DNA from: an uncultured bacterium
GTDB taxonomy: Bacteria; Zixibacteria; MSB-5A5; CAIYYT01
Reading direction: 5' to 3'
Length of the DNA: 64,000 nucleotides
NCBI GenBank assembly: GCA_963726455.1
Contig: CAVSCK010000004.1
Location: forward strand, 192,001 to 256,000
Below, in pieces: positions 57,763-64,000 of this stretch (the stretch's first letter is position 1; each line of letters begins with the position of its first letter). Both the position numbers and the translations under genes were made by a program. The notes below the pieces were generated by a model. It saw only the letters and a list, made by a program, of their open reading frames with translations, was not told the origin of the DNA and made no database searches.

Positions 57763-59223
57763 ATGAAACGACTGTATTCAGCAATCTTACTTAGTCTCCT
57801 GGCGGGTACCGCCTGGTCATTGCGGCTTACCGATTTGTACAAGCCGGGCGATGAATACAATTATGCCATCGAAAGCGGCGGCAAAGTGATCGGCACGCAG
57901 CATGCCGTTTGTAAAGGGTGGAGCACCAACGGCACCGATTCACTAATGATGTTTACTATGGAGACGAAGTCAGTTTACTCCAGAGGTGGCAAATCCTTCG
58001 ACATGGACGTGGCCTGCGAAGTCGGGTACCTGCCGATCGGCCTGCCGAAGACCTACAAATACACACTTAAGCTGCTGAATGTCAGCGTCAGCCACTCCGG
58101 CGAATTTGGCGATTCGATTTACTCCGGTCACACAGAGCGAATGGGAGTGTCGCAACCGATGATGTTCAACACCAAGCATTGGGCCATGCTCTTCGACAAC
58201 AATTTTGCGCTGCAGTGGGAGCTGGCTCTGCGCCCGGTTCTTGCAGAAATGCGTGACAGTGCCGCCATTGTGGCGGTGATTCCGCAGTTGAATCGTGCGA
58301 CCATCCTCAGGGTGTATGGCATACCCGATGACAAAATTGTTTTCGACGGTAGCGAAATGTCGGTCAAAGCCGTCAGAGTGGATCCCGTGAACCAACAACT
58401 GTACTTCGACCGCGCAGCAAAACTGATGAAGGCATACGACCCGGTACAGAAAATAACGGTACGATTACTGCCCGGGGGAGAGAAAGCGGAAATCGCCACG
58501 GAATCGTGGGTGGACGTTTTCATGAGACGACTGCCGATTTTCGGGTTGCTGGCGTTGTTTACAATTGTCTGGTCGTTACCGATGGTCTACCGCAATTTCA
58601 AGCGAATCGACGTGGCGATTCTGTTCGTCGCGGGAGCGGCATTATTCTGGCTGTCGCTCGAGATTCTCAAGCCGATTCAGACGACATATTTCGGAATGGT
58701 GCTCGACCCAAAAGGTAATTCCGGCAATGTCTACCTGTTGATGCTTGGCTCGGCGCTCCTGTTTGCGTTTGTGGAGGAATTGACCAAGTTCGGCAGCTTG
58801 ATGGTGCGAATGCTGCTCGGTGTGAAACATAGTCCGAAACTGGGAATCGTTCTTGGCGCCGCCTGTGGGGCGGGGTTTGCTTTGATGCAGGCGGCATACC
58901 TGGCGCCATACTCGGCAACGGGTGGGGTACCTGCCGGCGATCTGGTGCAGAAGTTCTTCCTGATCGGCCTGAATATAGCGACCGGCGCGCTAATTGGTTT
59001 CGTAATGCTCAGCCGGCTAAAGGCAAGTTTCTATCTGATTCCGCTCTTGTTTAAGACGATCTTCGACTGGCTGGCAATTTTCGTGCAGAAAGGGGATATG
59101 CGACCCTCGACGTACACTTTTCTGTCATTTCTTCTTGCTGCCGTTGCGCTTACGATACTCTATTTCCTCTACCGTGTTTTTTCCGCCGACGAGACGCGGG
59201 GCCGTCGCACCGCAAATAGATAG
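57763..59223 (+). CDS. Periplasmic domain fused to a degenerate PrsW/YhfC-like membrane domain
   Basis: Signal peptide, ~230-aa soluble beta domain, multi-TM C-terminus with VEELTK and GAGFALMQ. Confidence 0.6.
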   Translation: MKRLYSAILLSLLAGTAWSLRLTDLYKPGDEYNYAIESGGKVIGTQHAVCKGWSTNGTDSLMMFTMETKSVYSRGGKSFDMDVACEVGYLPIGLPKTYKYTLKLLNVSVSHSGEFGDSIYSGHTERMGVSQPMMFNTKHWAMLFDNNFALQWELALRPVLAEMRDSAAIVAVIPQLNRATILRVYGIPDDKIVFDGSEMSVKAVRVDPVNQQLYFDRAAKLMKAYDPVQKITVRLLPGGEKAEIATESWVDVFMRRLPIFGLLALFTIVWSLPMVYRNFKRIDVAILFVAGAALFWLSLEILKPIQTTYFGMVLDPKGNSGNVYLLMLGSALLFAFVEELTKFGSLMVRMLLGVKHSPKLGIVLGAACGAGFALMQAAYLAPYSATGGVPAGDLVQKFFLIGLNIATGALIGFVMLSRLKASFYLIPLLFKTIFDWLAIFVQKGDMRPSTYTFLSFLLAAVALTILYFLYRVFSADETRGRRTANR

Positions 59224-59325
59224 TAGTTTTTTGACTTGCCCTGAGGCCTGATTCTCATATATTGCTGCGACTGTGGCTGATGGTTGCCGCAGTGGAGATC
59301 ATGTTGATTCAGGAGGATACTACTA

Positions 59326-59511
59326 ATGGCGATGAAGATCACCGATGAATGTACTGCCTGCGGACTCTGTTTACCGGAATGTCCCAATGAGGCGATCTCC
59401 GAAGGAGATATCTACGTCATCGATGCCGCTAAATGTGATGAGTGTGTCAACGTCGATGGTGGTTCACGCTGCGTGGCCATCTGTCCGGTTGAATGCATTA
59501 TCAAAGCATAG
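59326..59511 (+). CDS. 2[4Fe-4S] ferredoxin (YfhL/Alvin type)
   Basis: CTACGLCLPECP and CDEC-x8-CVAICP; AGGAGG SD. Confidence 0.92.
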   Translation: MAMKITDECTACGLCLPECPNEAISEGDIYVIDAAKCDECVNVDGGSRCVAICPVECIIKA

Positions 59512-59529
59512 ATTGATTTAACTGGTATC

Positions 59530-59561
59530 AGGGTGTCCTGTTAACAGGACACCCTTTTTTT
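59530..59561 (+). terminator. Intrinsic terminator
   Basis: AGGGTGTCCTG-TTAA-CAGGACACCCT perfect stem plus T run. Confidence 0.9.
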
Positions 59562-59565
59562 CTGT

Positions 59566-59772
59566 ATGTTTACTGGTAAACAAATCACTGCAATCGTCCT
59601 CTTCGGATTGGTTCTGATCATTCTGATCCAGAACAGCTATGTGGTACCGATCAAATTCCTGATGCTTCATGTTTCGATGCCGCTCTCGATTCTGGTGTTT
59701 GTGGCGGTACTGATCGGAGTTCTTTTCGGGTACTGGCTGAACCGGCGGAAGTCGCATGGCAGCAAGAGGTGA
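59566..59772 (+). CDS. LapA/DUF1049 family small membrane protein
   Basis: Two TM helices with a QN...V.I.FL linker. Confidence 0.75.
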   Translation: MFTGKQITAIVLFGLVLIILIQNSYVVPIKFLMLHVSMPLSILVFVAVLIGVLFGYWLNRRKSHGSKR

Positions 59773-60193
59773 GTTCCGTTTCCTCGAAGATATCGCGCCG
59801 GCAGATGCGGCCTTTGAGGCGACCGGCGAGACTCTCGAAGAAATTTTCGAGGCCTCCGCACGGGCGCTCTTCTCAATAATCGTAGACATCGAGTGCGTTG
59901 AGACACAAGTCACGCAGGAAGTTTCTCTGGAGGCCGAATCGGCGGAAGCGCTTCTATATGCCTGGTTGTCCGAGCTCGTCTATCTCAAGGACGTTAAGAA
60001 ACAGCTTTACTCTGACTTCCATGTCGCGATCGAGTTGGCCGAGACTATGGAATTGAAAGCCACGGCAGCGGGGGATGCCATTGCGAATCTGTTGGACAGG
60101 ACGTTGACGGATGTCAAAGCCATAACGTACCACAAATTGGCGATTGAGGAGACCGACCAGGGGCTCAAAGCGACTGTCGTAGTGGATTTGTAA
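59756..60193 (+). CDS. Archease
   Basis: FLEDIAPAD, LLYAWLSELVY, DVKAITYH, VVDL; directly upstream of rtcB. Confidence 0.9.
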   Translation: MAARGEFRFLEDIAPADAAFEATGETLEEIFEASARALFSIIVDIECVETQVTQEVSLEAESAEALLYAWLSELVYLKDVKKQLYSDFHVAIELAETMELKATAAGDAIANLLDRTLTDVKAITYHKLAIEETDQGLKATVVVDL

Positions 60194-60195
60194 TC

Positions 60196-61641
60196 ATGGA
60201 AAAGAAGAAGATTAAAGAGGGTGTCTGGGAGATTCCCGTCGGCGCCAAGCAGGGAATGCGGGTGCCGGCAAGGATCTACTCGTCTGATCGACTTATTGAT
60301 TCAATCGATCAAGGCGTGTACGAACAGGTAACCAACGTCGCCTGTCTGCCGGGAATAGTAGGACAGGCGCTTTGTATGCCGGACGGACACTGGGGCTACG
60401 GCTTTCCGATTGGCGGCGTAGCAGCGTTTTCGCTGAGTGAAGGAATCATCTCGCCGGGAGGCATCGGTTTTGACATCAATTGCGGCGTGCGGCTGTTGCG
60501 CACGAATCTTACGCTTGAAGAAGTTCAGCCGAGGTTGTCGCAACTATTGGACAAGCTCTTCAAATATGTTCCCGCGGGTGTCGGGACAACCGGTTCAGTG
60601 CCACTGAAAAAAAAGGAGTTTGAAGAAGTTCTGGCACGCGGGGTCAAGTGGTGTTACGAAAAGGGATTTGCCACTGAGTCCGATTGCGAGAACGTGGAAC
60701 AAGGGGGCTGCCTGAGCCCTGCCGATCCACAGCAAGTCTCGGCCAAGGCGATGGAACGCGGAATCGACCAACTTGGCACGCTTGGCTCGGGAAACCATTA
60801 TCTGGAAATCGAAGTGGTCAAACCGGAGAATGTTTTTGACAAGACATTGGCAGTGCGGTTGGGAATCGACCGTCCGAATCAGATCGTCGTGCTCGTGCAT
60901 TGCGGATCGCGGGGATTCGGGCATCAGGTAGCGACGGACTATCTTCAGGTATTCGCCAAAGCCGTACAAAAGTACGGCATCAAGATCAATGATCGCGAAT
61001 TGGCATGTGCGCCGTTTAGTTCGCCGGAGGGGCAGGCGTATTTCAAAGCTATGTCCTGCGCTGCGAACAATGCGTTTGCCAACCGGCAGGTGATCGCACA
61101 CAACATCCGTCGGGCATTCACCGAGGTCTTCGGCAAGACTGAAAGGGAGTTGGGAATGCAGACTGTGTATGATGTCGCGCACAATATTGCCAAGATCGAA
61201 AAGTACAATATCGAGGGCAGGGAGCAGGAATTAATCGTTCATCGCAAAGGGGCGACGCGTGCCCTGGGGCCGAACTCCCCAGACCTGCCGGACAAATATA
61301 AAGATATCGGCCAGCCGGTGCTGGTCGGCGGATCGATGCAAACTGGGTCATATTTGTTGGTCGGAACTGATCTGGCTAAGCAGGAGACCTTCGGCTCGAC
61401 ATTGCACGGCTCGGGACGAACAATGTCACGCTCGCAGGCAAAGAAAATGGTGCGCGGAGATCAACTGCGCAAAGAGATGGAAGAACAGGGGATCGTCGTG
61501 AAGGCGGCGTCGCTGAGCGGCTTGGCGGAGGAAGTTGGTTTTGCCTACAAGAACATTGATGATGTGATCGATGCAGTTGAAAGCATCGGTATTTCGCACA
61601 AGGTGGCCAAGATGCTGCCGGTGGGAAATATCAAGGGATGA
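60196..61641 (+). CDS. rtcB: RNA-splicing/repair ligase RtcB
   Basis: MPDGHWGYGFPIG, DINCG, GSGNHY, HCGSRG, HNIA, HRKGAT, HGSGR. Confidence 0.96.
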   Translation: MEKKKIKEGVWEIPVGAKQGMRVPARIYSSDRLIDSIDQGVYEQVTNVACLPGIVGQALCMPDGHWGYGFPIGGVAAFSLSEGIISPGGIGFDINCGVRLLRTNLTLEEVQPRLSQLLDKLFKYVPAGVGTTGSVPLKKKEFEEVLARGVKWCYEKGFATESDCENVEQGGCLSPADPQQVSAKAMERGIDQLGTLGSGNHYLEIEVVKPENVFDKTLAVRLGIDRPNQIVVLVHCGSRGFGHQVATDYLQVFAKAVQKYGIKINDRELACAPFSSPEGQAYFKAMSCAANNAFANRQVIAHNIRRAFTEVFGKTERELGMQTVYDVAHNIAKIEKYNIEGREQELIVHRKGATRALGPNSPDLPDKYKDIGQPVLVGGSMQTGSYLLVGTDLAKQETFGSTLHGSGRTMSRSQAKKMVRGDQLRKEMEEQGIVVKAASLSGLAEEVGFAYKNIDDVIDAVESIGISHKVAKMLPVGNIKG

Positions 61642-61672
61642 TCTGCTGACTATCGTTTCATTCTGAAATGGC

Positions 61673-61752
61673 AAAAAAAAGAGGGCGGACACTCTGGTTG
61701 GGTAGAGGGGGCTAGGAAACTACCCAAGGACAACAGAGGACTACCCTCAGCC
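61673..61752 (-). ncRNA. Candidate ~80-nt small RNA: long hairpin with C-rich loop and U8 tail
   Basis: Nested stems 61681-88/61741-48, 61692-96/61734-38, 61698-705/61720-27; loop UUUCCUAGCCCCCU; TTGACA at 61784-79. Confidence 0.45.
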
Positions 61753-61918
61753 GTATTTATCGGTATCAAAACCGCATTTGTCAAGGAAATTCTGTACTAT
61801 ACACGGCAAAAAGTGAACAATCTTCACTAAGTAGAGAATATTGATAGTGCGGGTTATTATTAATTTCCACTGTCAGATACTGGCAGTATGACCCCGGTCA
61901 TGCAGTGGTTCGCGTCCG

Positions 61919-62683
61919 CTAATTCTTTCGCTTGAAGTAATTTACGACCGGAACTGTGATACGCTCGGGCGGTGTGCTGGAGAATTCCAGGGTGATTGAA
62001 CTGAGTGCTTCATTCTCATTCAACACCGGCGCCAATTGCTCTACCTCGAAGTTGAATGTGCCGTGCGCTTTCACGGTGGTTTGCAGCGACGATATTTTGA
62101 GCGTGCTCCTGGGATAGTCGACAACTTTCAATTCGATGTCATTATTGAAACCGTTCGTGATCATCATTGTCTTCTGCATTTTGGAGCTCGACGAGGACAT
62201 CATGAAACGAATCGCAGAGGGCTTGGCTTTCACCAGCGGATGCTCCTGATTAACGACGCCCATAAACTTAATCAGCATATCCGGCTTGGCAGGATCGTTG
62301 GACTTGATTGCGATGTCCTTGATCATCTTGCCGATCATGTTCTTGGTGTCGAACAGCACTGATAATTGAGCAGAGTCACCGGGCGGAATGGCTGTTTTCG
62401 ACAACGGGGCAGTGGTGCAGCCGCAGCCGGGTTCAACCTTGAGGATTTTCAGAGTATCGCTGCCGACATTTCTAATCCAGAAGTCATGGTGGACGATCGC
62501 CTCAGGGATCATGTATCCAAAATACCAGTAATCCTGCGCTAGTTCGATCTTGGGGGCTGTACCCTGGGCCTGTCCGGCGAAACAGGTGCTGTTCATTATC
62601 GTTGACACGAGGAAAAAGAGGAACGCCAAAAGCGTAAGTACCCGCGCGGAGCGAGACAGCATGGAATCTGAAAGTTTATACAT
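61919..62683 (-). CDS. DUF1573 Ig-like domain secreted protein
   Basis: N.G...L.I.KV.PGCGCT, IPPG, SNDP. Confidence 0.8.
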   Translation of the reverse strand: MYKLSDSMLSRSARVLTLLAFLFFLVSTIMNSTCFAGQAQGTAPKIELAQDYWYFGYMIPEAIVHHDFWIRNVGSDTLKILKVEPGCGCTTAPLSKTAIPPGDSAQLSVLFDTKNMIGKMIKDIAIKSNDPAKPDMLIKFMGVVNQEHPLVKAKPSAIRFMMSSSSSKMQKTMMITNGFNNDIELKVVDYPRSTLKISSLQTTVKAHGTFNFEVEQLAPVLNENEALSSITLEFSSTPPERITVPVVNYFKRKN

Positions 62684-63671
62684 GGATGACGGCATCTTGC
62701 TCAAGCTTGAAGTTATTCTGGCGCATCCAATCATCGGAATAGAATTTCGTGATATACCGTATGCCGGCGTCAGGGGAGAGGATGACCACGACATCATTGG
62801 CTGTGAGCGAATCCCTCACTTGCAGCAGCGCGTGAAATATCGAACCAGTGGAGCCGCCGACGGACAGTCCGAGCGAGCGGGTCAAGTTGCGCGCAGCCAG
62901 GAACGCGTCGTTGTCATGGACTTGAATGACCTCGTCAATGTACTGGGGAAGGAAGGCGCGCACCATCATGTCGGTGCCGATGCCCTCAACCTTGTGCGGC
63001 TGAGACTCGCCGAGCGGCCGACCGGCGTGGATTGCCTGAAACAGCGACCCATGCGGTTCTACCCCGATGATTCTGGCCTTGGGATTCTTTTCTTTGAGAA
63101 ACTTACCTACGCCCGAGATCGTTCCCCCGGTTCCAACCCCCGCAACGAAACAGGTGACCATACCCTCTGTTTGATTCCAGATTTCCTGGCCGGTGTCGTA
63201 GTAGTGGGCGTCAGGATTGAGGGGGTTGTCATACTGGTTCATCCAGTAATAGCCGTTCTCCCTGGAAATGCGTTTGGCTACCTGATAGCCGTTGTGCGGA
63301 TCATCGAGACTGACGTTCGCCGGAGTTATGATTACCTGGGCGCCGTATGATTTGATCAGATCGATTTTCTCTTTCGAGGTCGTGTCGTACACGGCGAAGA
63401 CTGACTGATAGCCCTTGGCAGCGGCCACCATCGCCACGCCGATACCGGTATTGCCGGAAGTATTGTCGCAGATCGTATCGCCGGGATGGATCCGGCCTCG
63501 TTTCTCCTCGGTGTTGATCACGTACTTTGCGAGTCGATCCTTGATTGAGCCGCCGGGGTTGGTCCATTCAAGTTTGCACAAAACTGTGGCCGGACATCCG
63601 GTCAGTGACATGGGAATCTTGACCAGCGGCGTGTTGCCGATCAAGTCAAGTATCGATTCAGCAAATTTCAT
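62676..63671 (-). CDS. Cysteine synthase / cystathionine beta-synthase family PLP enzyme
   Basis: IGNTPL, NPGGSIKDR, TSGNTG, GVGTGGT, VEGIG. Confidence 0.9.
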   Translation of the reverse strand: MKFAESILDLIGNTPLVKIPMSLTGCPATVLCKLEWTNPGGSIKDRLAKYVINTEEKRGRIHPGDTICDNTSGNTGIGVAMVAAAKGYQSVFAVYDTTSKEKIDLIKSYGAQVIITPANVSLDDPHNGYQVAKRISRENGYYWMNQYDNPLNPDAHYYDTGQEIWNQTEGMVTCFVAGVGTGGTISGVGKFLKEKNPKARIIGVEPHGSLFQAIHAGRPLGESQPHKVEGIGTDMMVRAFLPQYIDEVIQVHDNDAFLAARNLTRSLGLSVGGSTGSIFHALLQVRDSLTANDVVVILSPDAGIRYITKFYSDDWMRQNNFKLEQDAVIHV

Positions 63672-63774
63672 TGATGGTATCCTTTGAGCGGACTTTCAAT
63701 TACCGACTGAGTTCCTTGTGAGCTGGACGCGGCGCCCATTTCTCTTCTCATTTGCGTACATGCGATATGGAATC

Positions 63775-63802
63775 ATGGCATCTGCCCGTTGGCAGATGCC
63801 AT
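63775..63802. terminator. Perfect 12-bp hairpin downstream of the partial gene
   Basis: ATGGCATCTGCC-CGTT-GGCAGATGCCAT; no clear U tract. Confidence 0.45.
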
Positions 63803-63851
63803 AATCAGCAATTTGCGGATTGCGAATGCTCTCGTCAATCTCATCGCGAAA

Positions 63852-64000
63852 TTATTGCGCGGCGTTGATTGTCTCTTCGATCTTTGGAATGTATTCGGTT
63901 TTGACCTGGCTCACTTTTCCCTTAAACTCGGGTTTGTTTCCTGCGACCCTGACAAAGTCCTGGCATGCTTGCAGGGCCTCGTTCCACTGCTGTGCATTCA
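63852..64000 (-). CDS. 3' end of a gene cut by the window edge (helical, TPR-like C-terminus)
   Basis: Open frame ...NAQQWNEALQACQDFVRVAG...EETINAAQ-stop. Confidence 0.55.
   Translation of the reverse strand, partial: NAQQWNEALQACQDFVRVAGNKPEFKGKVSQVKTEYIPKIEETINAAQ

Noticed and set aside
59270-59293. Fluoride-riboswitch-like hairpin (GGCTGATGGTTGCC) in the ferredoxin leader
   Set aside because: Only superficial similarity; downstream pseudoknot elements not evident and gene context does not fit
61673-61752. Identity as SRP RNA, 6S RNA, tRNA or Y RNA
   Set aside because: Lacks the SRP domain IV motif, cloverleaf/T-loop and Ro-binding stem; too short for 6S; no Ro60/Rsr gene in the window
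1-64000. Numerous short overlapping or antisense ORFs in the six-frame track
   Set aside because: They lie opposite or within well-supported genes and lack motifs or ribosome-binding sites

Overview
Gene-dense, roughly mid-GC chromosomal segment of a diderm (LPS-making) bacterium. The FlgD/T9SS-type C-terminal sorting domain and overall gene set suggest an FCB-related lineage such as Zixibacteria (inference). Contents: a type IV pilus pilMNOPQ operon followed by an Ig-repeat lipoprotein; four outer-membrane beta-barrel genes; a stand-alone EF-G2; LPS genes (msbA, two GT9, one GT2); rel-TPR-comF-xerD-GGDEF; a frameshifted OPT transporter; a decayed tandem paralog of a secreted protein; a minus-strand run queC-queE-methyltransferase-cdd-deoC-pdp-zinc finger-archaemetzincin-like-MrfA/YprA helicase; queF; an AlkC-like glycosylase; glyA to nrdR-tatC; ferredoxin; and lapA-archease-rtcB. 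I saw no tRNA, rRNA, CRISPR array, prophage or transposase. Most unusual signals: (1) PilP carries an AMIN domain on a ~350-aa tether while PilQ has none; (2) an archaemetzincin lacking all catalytic residues is translationally coupled to a zinc finger, a repair helicase and nucleoside salvage genes; (3) two candidate small RNAs have C-rich anti-Shine-Dalgarno-like loops, one convergent with rtcB; (4) a tandem array and several solo copies of GTAG-tailed REP-like hairpins; (5) other apparent pseudo-enzymes (PrsW-like, DUF62 His->Gln); (6) recurrent leaderless genes and a probable ACG start codon. All family calls come from motif recognition by eye; no searches were run.
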